This document shows positions 44,304 through 52,566 of a stretch of 64,000 nucleotides of DNA, piece by piece. Below the pieces are notes generated by a model. It was not told the origin of the DNA and did no database searches. It saw only the letters and a list, made by a program, of their open reading frames with translations. The DNA is from a virus, in IMG/VR virus record IMGVR_UViG_3300008954_000029, positions 1 through 64,000 of that record. One strand, written 5' to 3'. Position 1 is the stretch's first letter; every line of letters starts with the position of its first letter. Made by a program: the position numbers and the translations under genes.

Positions 44304-47041
44304 CTTACTTTTCTCCCATCATCAAGGGTAAATTCGAAAACCTTTTTCACTCCGTTGTGATGAACTTGCTCGACCGGAATGAAGATGTCTTCACCGGTGT
44401 CTTCGTCTCGGGAGCGGACAATGTCTCCTACTACAACGTCGCCAATTTGCTTATCAGCAACCTTTCCCTTGTCTTTATTATAAATAGTAACCTTTTCAGA
44501 AAAAGACAAACATTTGTTGAAGCCGTAGCCAGAGAAGTATTCAAACAGGTCCCAAATCTGTTGGGATGTTGCGTAATCAATCTTCTTTTGTTCGCAACCG
44601 TCAATGAACTTCTTCTTAATCTTATTCTTTTCCTTCTCCACCTCCGCAACACCCTTCTTGGTCAGCAACTTGCGAAGTTTGTTGCCCTCGTCCAAAGAAA
44701 TGTTGCGACCCAACTTGTGGGCCAACTCAGCAATCTGCTCTTGGAAGATCAAGAAGCCAGCAGTGTCTTTGGTTATGTCCTTAAAGACTTGATGGGGGTA
44801 TTCAACACTATCAGGGTCGCGACGGGCTTCCACATAACTCTTATCTACGCCCGCACTCAACGGCCCAGGTCGGTAGATGGAGGTGATAGCAGCCAAATCA
44901 ACCAAGTTCGTCGGCATTACCCGTTGGCATAGTTTTTGCGCACCACTTTCGGTGAATTGAAAGATTCCAGCCCAACTTCCATCGTGAAAGATGTTTTCAT
45001 AGACATCTTGATCGTTAAAGTCAATCACCTCCGGGTGGAGATTCTTATTATAAAACTCACGCACATCGTCAAATGTGGGATCTGCGATGCCTTCGTGGCG
45101 CTTCAAAATGTGACGGATTGCTCCCTCCATCATACGAAGTGATGCGAGGCCAAGAATGTCAAACTTAATAAAGCCCATTGGCTCCAAATGCCTGACGTTT
45201 TGACCCTCCGTCCAAGGAGTTTGCCTAACACCCTTGCTGTTAATGAGCGGCATACGGGTATCAAGATCCTCGCCAATCACCACCCCACCAGCGTGCCTAG
45301 AACAAGACCGAATCTGTCCGTAAAGAACATTAATGTGAGTCTTGACTTGCGGATACTTCCTGAGGAAGTCTTGAAGCGACTTACTATACAACATCACTTC
45401 TTCAAAAGTAGGCGTATAGACACCAGCCTTGATGCCGTGTGCCTTCTTGGCCTCCGGTGTTGCCTCATAGAGCATTCGGCCAGTTACGAAATTGACCTCC
45501 GTAAAGGGAATGTCGTAGAACTTTGAAATGTCCTTAATAAGGCTGCGAAGTTGAAGAGTATTCCAGTTAGAAATGGGAACAACAGTCGTGTCGCCCCACT
45601 CCTGAATCAGATCCTCCTTCAAAGACATCGGGTCGCTTACGTCGTAGTCAATATCCGGGTATCCCGCACCTTCTTCCGTCAGGAATCGCGAAAATTGAAG
45701 CTTATACTTCAAAGGATCAACTTGCGTAATCCCCATGACATACGAAATCAGCGAACCAGCAGCGCTTCCACGCCCAGCCCCAACAAGTTGGTCCTGAACG
45801 GCCCTATCAGCAATCGCCTTCATTGTTAGGAAATACTTGGAGAACCCACGCTTCTGGATTACCTTGATTTCGCCCTTCAAGCGATCAACATACTCCTTGT
45901 TGTCTTCCAGGCCATTGGCTTTCAGGCCATCAACACAATACTGGACAAGCGCTTGGTCAGCACTCACGCCATCCGGCACAACAAAGTCAGGAAGGCGAAC
46001 CTCCGTGTCGGGGAAGAACGATTCCACCCGATCGTGGGCGATTTGGTGTGTGCGAACAATAGAATCCATCACCAAGTCATCGTTATAAGAGACATTCAAC
46101 TCGCTGGCGAACCTCTTGTAGGACTCCCACATAGCATCGCCATTCTTTGGGTAGAGTTCGTAGTCCATGTCATCAAGAGACGCGGGGAGGTCAATGTCGA
46201 GCCACTCGGGCCGACGAGCCTTCCCAATCCAACCAAGCCGACGATAAAGTTCGCGGTCCTTGAACGTGTCTTGCGACGGGAAATGGCTATCGGCCGTCGA
46301 AATGAGATCGACGCCCATTTTTTGACACGTCTTAATGATGTATTGGTTTAGTTCGTGCTGCTCGGGGATGCGATTCCATTGAATCTCGCCGTACCAACGA
46401 TCGCCGAAGACCTCCTGCATTTGCTGTGTGGTCTTATACATCGCTTGCATAACGGCATCGGGGCCGTCGTCGCGATTTCTCCAATAATCTTGAGCGTATA
46501 CGCCGCCAAGACAGGCACTACTCGCAATGATGCCTTCACCATACTCTTTAAGAAGGCGATAATCCATACGCGGATAGCGATAGAAGTTACCTTCCTTGAA
46601 ACTTTCCGAAACCAACTTAAAAAGATTATTAAGCCCGGTTTGGTTTTGGGCCAAGAGAATCAAGTGGCTACGACGGCGTAGCAAGTCCTTCTTCTCGCCG
46701 CGAGTTTCCTCTTCAACGAAAGTCCCGATCTCCTCGTTACGCTTCTCCTTTAGAGCCTCAACCTCCTGCTTCCACTTTGAAATGGAGGGAAGGAAGTAGG
46801 CTTCGCAACCGAAGATCGGCTTAAAGTCCTTGCCGTCCTTCTGCATCTTCTTGGCGTGCTGGGCTTGATAGACTAGCCCGTTGGCGTTTCCGTGGTCCGT
46901 GAGTGCCAAAGCATCCTGACCGGTCTCCCAAGCATAATCCATGTGCTCACCGGGATAACCGAGGCCGTCGAAAATGCTCGCATTCGAGTGGGCATGCAGG
47001 CCCACGAACTTGACGTGTGATTTAATTCTCTTCTTGCTCAT
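44216..47041 (-). CDS. dnaE: DNA polymerase III alpha, N-terminal part with split intein N
   Basis: PHP domain HAHS..S..DG, TDHG; GRGSAAGSL, PDIDYD, KFDILGL, GYGFNK. Confidence 0.95.
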   Translation of the reverse strand: MSKKRIKSHVKFVGLHAHSNASIFDGLGYPGEHMDYAWETGQDALALTDHGNANGLVYQAQHAKKMQKDGKDFKPIFGCEAYFLPSISKWKQEVEALKEKRNEEIGTFVEEETRGEKKDLLRRRSHLILLAQNQTGLNNLFKLVSESFKEGNFYRYPRMDYRLLKEYGEGIIASSACLGGVYAQDYWRNRDDGPDAVMQAMYKTTQQMQEVFGDRWYGEIQWNRIPEQHELNQYIIKTCQKMGVDLISTADSHFPSQDTFKDRELYRRLGWIGKARRPEWLDIDLPASLDDMDYELYPKNGDAMWESYKRFASELNVSYNDDLVMDSIVRTHQIAHDRVESFFPDTEVRLPDFVVPDGVSADQALVQYCVDGLKANGLEDNKEYVDRLKGEIKVIQKRGFSKYFLTMKAIADRAVQDQLVGAGRGSAAGSLISYVMGITQVDPLKYKLQFSRFLTEEGAGYPDIDYDVSDPMSLKEDLIQEWGDTTVVPISNWNTLQLRSLIKDISKFYDIPFTEVNFVTGRMLYEATPEAKKAHGIKAGVYTPTFEEVMLYSKSLQDFLRKYPQVKTHINVLYGQIRSCSRHAGGVVIGEDLDTRMPLINSKGVRQTPWTEGQNVRHLEPMGFIKFDILGLASLRMMEGAIRHILKRHEGIADPTFDDVREFYNKNLHPEVIDFNDQDVYENIFHDGSWAGIFQFTESGAQKLCQRVMPTNLVDLAAITSIYRPGPLSAGVDKSYVEARRDPDSVEYPHQVFKDITKDTAGFLIFQEQIAELAHKLGRNISLDEGNKLRKLLTKKGVAEVEKEKNKIKKKFIDGCEQKKIDYATSQQIWDLFEYFSGYGFNKCLSFSEKVTIYNKDKGKVADKQIGDVVVGDIVRSRDEDTGEDIFIPVEQVHHNGVKKVFEFTLDDGRKVRCTMDHKFRTKCGQMLPIKEILERELEIV
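44219..44512 (-). mobile_element. split intein, N fragment (98 aa)
   Basis: K|CLSFSE block A, CTMDHKF block B. Confidence 0.9.
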
Positions 47042-47049
47042 TCCAATAC

Positions 47050-47499
47050 TTACCTTTTAAGCCTTCGCGACTTAGTTACACCTTCGCGACTTAGGATGCG
47101 GCTCACCTTGGTAATGCTCCACTTCTCTCCGGGAAACATCGTTTCCATTCTCTCCACGATTTCACGCAGCTTCCAACCAGAGTTGCGATAATCCACGACG
47201 GTTGAAGCCATAAACCACTTATCCCCCTTCGCCAGCTTCCCGTTTTCAACCTTGTAGCCAAACGGAGCACCTCCCACCCACTCTCCACGAGCCTGCTTTT
47301 GCGCCAAGGCCTGCTTTGTCAATTTCCTGATCGACGGTCCTGAACCTTTGCTATGTACCGCCCAATGGCAATCTTGACAGAGGGAGACTGTCCTTTTACC
47401 TCCTAAGCTTCGGGGCACCACATGATGATCATGCAAGTCATCGCGCGAACCGCACTCAAAGCACGATGTGCGCGCATTTGATTTATTCTTCTTCGTCAT
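47050..47499 (-). CDS. HNH endonuclease with C-terminal HTH
   Basis: CFEC...HHVVPRSLGG...LCQDCH..VH; G.WVGGAPFGY. Confidence 0.8.
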   Translation of the reverse strand: MTKKNKSNARTSCFECGSRDDLHDHHVVPRSLGGKRTVSLCQDCHWAVHSKGSGPSIRKLTKQALAQKQARGEWVGGAPFGYKVENGKLAKGDKWFMASTVVDYRNSGWKLREIVERMETMFPGEKWSITKVSRILSREGVTKSRRLKR

Positions 47500-48373
47500 C
47501 GATTCCTATTGGGTTAAGTTCTCTATAGTATAGCATCTTTTTAGATGGCCGCGCAAGTAAATTCGCCTCTTCCGAGCCTAAAAAGTTGGTCAAGTTGTCC
47601 CAACTGTCTATTCGGTAATACCACGGCAATTCCACCTCTTTTGCTCCATCCATTATAACAGATTCATAGACCTTGTCAAGAGAAAATTTTCGGGCTGAAT
47701 TTCTTTCTTCTAATGGGAGCTTGTCGTAATTTTCATTATAAACATACGTCTCCGGGTCAAACGTGCCGGTGCCACTTTTCATTGTTCTGAGGATTGTTTT
47801 GTATTCTTCCTCACGGAAAGAAAAACCAAGGTATTCTCCGTCCTTAAAAGTCTTTCCTTCATAGGACAAGCAAAATAAGTCCTTGCCTGAAATGTCCCTG
47901 CGATGGGGGCGCAGAATCTTGGGGTCATACACGCCATAAGGGTAAGAAACATAGTATTTCTTGGGGACGGCCCACTTGCTTATACGATGAGCAACCCACC
48001 ACGCCATAAGGGCGCCTTGCATCACGCTCCACCCGTAACAATCTATCTTATCACGATACTTTGGGTGGATGGGGACATAGTAAATGGGGATCGACCTTTG
48101 GTTCTCAAAAGCGTTTCTATCAAATGCCCTATAGAGCCACACAGGATCCTGGACGTAGTCACCGATCCGATGTCGGATGAGGGGCTGCATGTCATCATTA
48201 CAAACAATCCAAATTGTATCCGCTCCCGCAAAGGCACACTCCACCACAGACCTCTCAATGGCGAGATAGTTCTGCGCTATTGGTTGTAGGCAGTCGTGCC
48301 AAGGAAAACCAAAGTCCCCCTCAAAGCCAGCGACAGGAATGACGCCTACTAGATGGTCGTGTCCCTTACCCAT
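47483..48373 (-). CDS. divergent sugar-nucleotidyltransferase-like (GT-A) protein
   Basis: GVIPVAG...LQPI...ECAFAGADTIWIV. Confidence 0.55.
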   Translation of the reverse strand: MGKGHDHLVGVIPVAGFEGDFGFPWHDCLQPIAQNYLAIERSVVECAFAGADTIWIVCNDDMQPLIRHRIGDYVQDPVWLYRAFDRNAFENQRSIPIYYVPIHPKYRDKIDCYGWSVMQGALMAWWVAHRISKWAVPKKYYVSYPYGVYDPKILRPHRRDISGKDLFCLSYEGKTFKDGEYLGFSFREEEYKTILRTMKSGTGTFDPETYVYNENYDKLPLEERNSARKFSLDKVYESVIMDGAKEVELPWYYRIDSWDNLTNFLGSEEANLLARPSKKMLYYRELNPIGIDDEEE

Positions 48374-49166
48374 ACGGATTTATGATTATATCATCGTATT
48401 CATCAGGAATCAAGTCCTTTGTTTCAATAATCTCTCTTCGGTCGTATGCTAGTTTTATTGAAATACGGTAATGTTCGCCTGTTTCCTTATTTATGCCGTT
48501 CTTGCGACCCTGAATACCAGCCTCTTTCATCATGTCCAACACCTTGTACCGGACATAGATCTCTAACGCTTCGTTTTCTTTAATTCCCTCGGGACCAAAG
48601 TAGGAAATGGCCACTAAATTACGATCTTTTAGGTACTCTTCGTCATTAATAAAATGAACTTCTCTCACAAAGTCTTCATCTGAGGTAAGTTTCTTTATAT
48701 CGTGTGGAGCGCAAGACGGTATGTCATACCAGTCTAACACCTTGTAGCCCAAAGTATCTTTTTGATAGGAAGCCTGTATTCCTTCAACGTTTTGGTCATC
48801 AAAGACATACAACTTGTCGTATTGTACCCGGAACACGCGAGAGTTCTGCGTCACAACTTTAACCAAATTATCTTCTTCAATACGAACGTTGGAAACCTTA
48901 TCAGCGAACATACTGAGTCCTCGCAAGCTCAAGTCTGCTAGTAGTTTGTCTCGCAGGGCTGTGGAATTCTGGTGGCCTTCAACCAAATCAAACGGACGAG
49001 ACTTCTCCAAATGGTTTAAAATAAGGGGATACTTGTTCTCGTAACTGTACCGTACAGCGTCCGTATTGCCCCCTATAACAACGCCTTCAAACTTATAAAT
49101 GTGGTTATTCAATATACTTCTAGATGGCCTCTTTATTCGAACTAAAAACGACCTCCACCTCATCAT
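48366..49166 (-). CDS. hypothetical protein with Rossmann-like N-terminus (start uncertain)
   Basis: VVIGG motif. Confidence 0.5.
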   Translation of the reverse strand: MMRWRSFLVRIKRPSRSILNNHIYKFEGVVIGGNTDAVRYSYENKYPLILNHLEKSRPFDLVEGHQNSTALRDKLLADLSLRGLSMFADKVSNVRIEEDNLVKVVTQNSRVFRVQYDKLYVFDDQNVEGIQASYQKDTLGYKVLDWYDIPSCAPHDIKKLTSDEDFVREVHFINDEEYLKDRNLVAISYFGPEGIKENEALEIYVRYKVLDMMKEAGIQGRKNGINKETGEHYRISIKLAYDRREIIETKDLIPDEYDDIIINPYG

Positions 49167-50112
49167 TAATGTTTTGAGTAATAAATTCCTTCATTTCGTT
49201 TGAATTATCAAAATCAAGAATTTGCTGATCTAGGATTAAGCGGTATTCACCAACCTCTTCCAGGACATCAACCTTGTTGATGATCAGGTTTGTTACTCCA
49301 TTGATGTTAGAGGCCTTTTGGAGGAGATTTAAATCCATCCAATTACATTGCCTTGGACGACCGGTAGTAGCACCGTATTCTTCGCCTGCGTCACGAATAG
49401 CATTGAAAATAGCGTCCTTAGGTTGGAACTTCTTGGCCCCGACGTAGGTTTCGTACATCTTCGCTACGCCATAGACGTTTCTTAAAGAACGTGGGGGTAC
49501 TCCGTTAAGAAATGCTGAAGCAGTCGTGCAGTGAGATGAAGTAACAAAAGGATAATCACCCCAATCAACGTCCAGTCCAAATCCCTGGGCGCCCTCAAAA
49601 AGTATCCGCACGTCTTCGCCACTTTCATGAAGTTCTTCGTAAAGATCGACAATAAATTCTTGAAGTACTTCAACGTTTTCGGCTCTTACTCCCTTTCTTG
49701 CGTACTTATCGCGATAGGCGGGCCCATTTCCTCGTTTCGTTGTTCCGATAGCAGTGTCCCTTCCATCTTCACGGAGGTGGTCTCGTGTGATGACATGTGT
49801 ATTGCGTGCAATACGTACAAATCGTCTAGCGGGTATTCCTGCTTCTTCGAGTTCCTTGATTTCAGCGAAAAACTGATCAGGATAAACAACGCACCCAGGC
49901 CCAATAATAGACTTGACGCCGTGCAAAACTCCGCAAGGTATGTGGTGAGTGACGAGCTTTTGTCCATTATGGTAAATAGTGTGGCCAGCGTTTTGACCAC
50001 CATTGTACCTTATGACATGTGTGTAGTCCCCGTTCTTACACAAATGGTTTGTTACTTTACCCTTTCCACAGTCTCCATACTGTAAATCCACCACCACATC
50101 TGCGATCATCAT
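49120..50112 (-). CDS. purA: adenylosuccinate synthetase (short type)
   Basis: QYGDCGKG, GGQNAGHT, GTT.RG.GPAY, EGAQG, GATTGRPR. Confidence 0.93.
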   Translation of the reverse strand: MMIADVVVDLQYGDCGKGKVTNHLCKNGDYTHVIRYNGGQNAGHTIYHNGQKLVTHHIPCGVLHGVKSIIGPGCVVYPDQFFAEIKELEEAGIPARRFVRIARNTHVITRDHLREDGRDTAIGTTKRGNGPAYRDKYARKGVRAENVEVLQEFIVDLYEELHESGEDVRILFEGAQGFGLDVDWGDYPFVTSSHCTTASAFLNGVPPRSLRNVYGVAKMYETYVGAKKFQPKDAIFNAIRDAGEEYGATTGRPRQCNWMDLNLLQKASNINGVTNLIINKVDVLEEVGEYRLILDQQILDFDNSNEMKEFITQNINDEVEVVFSSNKEAI

Positions 50113-50122
50113 TTCTCCTTTG

Positions 50123-50596
50123 TTAATTTATTAGCTTGTGATATTCTTTAATTGACTTAATTTTATTTTCTATTCTTTTCGCCAATTTAAGGACTCTATT
50201 GGCGTACCTCTTGGAAGACTTCAATTTCTTACATCTGTATCCACCATTGTACCCGCACAAGCCCCTCTTATACCTTCCCTTACCATAATCATACACCCAA
50301 AACGCCAGCGTCTTTGCCCCCACCTCTATTGACTTCCTGGGGTCCTTCAACTGGTTACAGGTTACTTTCGGTCTTGTGTACTTGGGCAGTACCTGTGTTA
50401 GTCCACAAGCACCACTTCTACTGACTGCTTCTGGCTTCCACCTGCTCTCCTCATTTATCAGGGCCACCAAAACTCTCGACCTTACCTTGTTCTTCTGTGC
50501 CTGTTCCACAAGATAATCCATGTGTTCACACGCAACTGCCGAATTTGGAAGTTGGATGGAAATCACAGACATACATAATAGTTGTGCCAGAGTCAT
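50123..50596 (-). CDS. lytic transglycosylase (SLT domain)
   Basis: ESRW.P.AVSRSGACGLTQV, YNGG. Confidence 0.85.
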   Translation of the reverse strand: MTLAQLLCMSVISIQLPNSAVACEHMDYLVEQAQKNKVRSRVLVALINEESRWKPEAVSRSGACGLTQVLPKYTRPKVTCNQLKDPRKSIEVGAKTLAFWVYDYGKGRYKRGLCGYNGGYRCKKLKSSKRYANRVLKLAKRIENKIKSIKEYHKLIN

Positions 50597-51306
50597 ACGT
50601 GCCCTCGCAACTCTCTATACGCAGAGACGGTCGTTGGCCACAGTTCTGTGGCGATGTCCAGGCAGGCTTGCGCAACTCTTTGAATTTCCCACTGTGCGTG
50701 AGCGTCTAAACGTAGGTCAATGAATTTGAGAAGATTAGACAAGTTGGCTGTTCCGTAATATTCCGTGTAGAGATTCTGCGGAAGGACTCCACGGGCTTGT
50801 TCGCGACACACACCGGCAGCAAGCAACTCTTCATACACAGATACAGAAGTCGCGTGATGGGCTTTTACCTTCTCGCTAGCCAAAAGATAATAATACTCGG
50901 GCAGCTCGGGATTTATCAATTCTTCCTCATTTGAAGCCTGCCTGTTAGACTTGTGTTGTGTCCTAAAAGCCTCTGGCTCGTAGAATTGAAGGTTCTCATC
51001 AGTGTACCTGCGGGAAACCTCATTGTAGGACCAAGTTCGGTGCCTATGGTGCTGACTCCTGATGAACAACGGTACGACAAACTTGAATGTCGCCCCACAA
51101 TGCTCCAGAGTGGATGTGTGGCGATTCTTAATAAGATACTTTATTAATTTCTTATCTTTTTCATCCAACTCTTCCTTATACTTGCCGAAACTTACACGGG
51201 CAGAGTTGACCACCATCTTGTCGTCACCATAATGCTGGATTAATTGAACCTTTCCAATGTCGTCACCGTAAAGATCAACTGAAATCTCCTTTGATTCGTC
51301 ATTCAT
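50593..51306 (-). CDS. thyX: FAD-dependent thymidylate synthase
   Basis: RHRTWSYNEVSRRY, EQARGVLP, HAQWEI. Confidence 0.95.
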   Translation of the reverse strand: MNDESKEISVDLYGDDIGKVQLIQHYGDDKMVVNSARVSFGKYKEELDEKDKKLIKYLIKNRHTSTLEHCGATFKFVVPLFIRSQHHRHRTWSYNEVSRRYTDENLQFYEPEAFRTQHKSNRQASNEEELINPELPEYYYLLASEKVKAHHATSVSVYEELLAAGVCREQARGVLPQNLYTEYYGTANLSNLLKFIDLRLDAHAQWEIQRVAQACLDIATELWPTTVSAYRELRGHV

Positions 51307-51589
51307 TTACAATGCCAACAACGTGGTTCTCAAGGATCAGGTGTACTTCTTCGTCCAAGATCCTGACCTTCTCTATCATTGGTGCATTGACCGCAATTAG
51401 CGTCTTTTTAACAAAATGCTTAGCACAGTCATCAGCGACGGCCACCACCCGGCAAAGCTTGTATTGCTCGCTTCGTGGATTATAATTCTCCGGAAGTAAA
51501 ACGCTTGATTTACTCTTATCCTTCGGAAGTTGAATAAGCTCAACTTGAAGGTGTCGGTTAACAGGCTTGAAATTCACCATTTTCTCCAA
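51299..51589 (-). CDS. groS: GroES-like co-chaperonin (divergent)
   Basis: FKPVNRHL, VLLP, VVAV, ILE..VVGIV. Confidence 0.7.
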   Translation of the reverse strand: MEKMVNFKPVNRHLQVELIQLPKDKSKSSVLLPENYNPRSEQYKLCRVVAVADDCAKHFVKKTLIAVNAPMIEKVRILDEEVHLILENHVVGIVNE

Positions 51590-51671
51590 TAATGTGATTC
51601 AAAAACGATATGGTCTAATTGTAACGCCAAACGAGGTATTTGTTAATCACGCAATTGGCAATTATGCAATT

Positions 51672-52517
51672 TTATTCGTCCTCGCACTCATCGTCATCGG
51701 CGATATCGACGTCCTCGGGTACCTCTTCGCCACGAAGGCGCGCGCACTCTTCGAATGTCATGTTATTGTCGAAAATAAAGTGATAATCGTTGTCCCTGAG
51801 CAGGTTGTAAACCCTCTCGATGGGAATGAAGTAACCCATGTGCGTGATGGGGTCGCTGCTGAAGCCCATGGGTTGTACTGTGATCCTGGAAGGGATTCCA
51901 ATGTATTCGTATTTCTTCCTCTCGTCCGAGTAACGATAGAGGGCTCCTCCGGAGTTTCCAAAAATAGTCTGGGCAGTCGACATCCAATAGCGGTAATGGC
52001 TGATCTCATCATCCATGTAACAAATGTGACCGCTTGTGGCGATTGGGGCGTGGCCTAAGGACGCACCGACAGCATAGCAGGGATCAAAAATGTGAATGTT
52101 TTCGATGTCGCTCTCTGGGAACAGATTTGCGACATAAGGAGCACGGGTCTCCTTGTCGCGGACACGCAGGAGGGCCCAGTCCTGGCCGCCTTCCACCTCT
52201 GAATAGGCGACGATGTCCGCCTCAATAGCAAAACTACCAATACAGTGTGAATAATTGTTGTATTTAAAATATTCCACGTATACTGTATCAAGGATCTCGG
52301 TATCCATCTTCTTTTTCTTTACTGGATTCCATCTTTTCTCAACCTTAATACACTTTGCGACTACGTGGTGGTTGGTAATGACATAGGTGTGAAACTCGTC
52401 TCCGTGCTTCTCTGAATAGACAACGGTACCCGAACCACCAGAGCCCTTTGCTCTAACGCGGACGGTAGGGTAGAACATCTCTTCGTGCTTTTTAATAATT
52501 TTTGGTGATACAGGCAT
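51672..52517 (-). CDS. trypsin-like serine protease, no signal peptide
   Basis: TNHHV, DWALL, GNSGGAL; ACTATTTA at 52558-52565. Confidence 0.85.
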   Translation of the reverse strand: MPVSPKIIKKHEEMFYPTVRVRAKGSGGSGTVVYSEKHGDEFHTYVITNHHVVAKCIKVEKRWNPVKKKKMDTEILDTVYVEYFKYNNYSHCIGSFAIEADIVAYSEVEGGQDWALLRVRDKETRAPYVANLFPESDIENIHIFDPCYAVGASLGHAPIATSGHICYMDDEISHYRYWMSTAQTIFGNSGGALYRYSDERKKYEYIGIPSRITVQPMGFSSDPITHMGYFIPIERVYNLLRDNDYHFIFDNNMTFEECARLRGEEVPEDVDIADDDECEDE

Positions 52518-52566
52518 AATCGTCTCCTAAGTTAGTGCGCTGGGCGCAGCCTTACATTAAATAGTC

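Noticed and set aside
49120-50112. PurZ / 2-aminoadenine (Z) genome
   Set aside because: The protein keeps the PurA catalytic Asp (GDCGKG) and GATTGRPR; PurZ has Ser at that position. No dATPase was recognised in the window.
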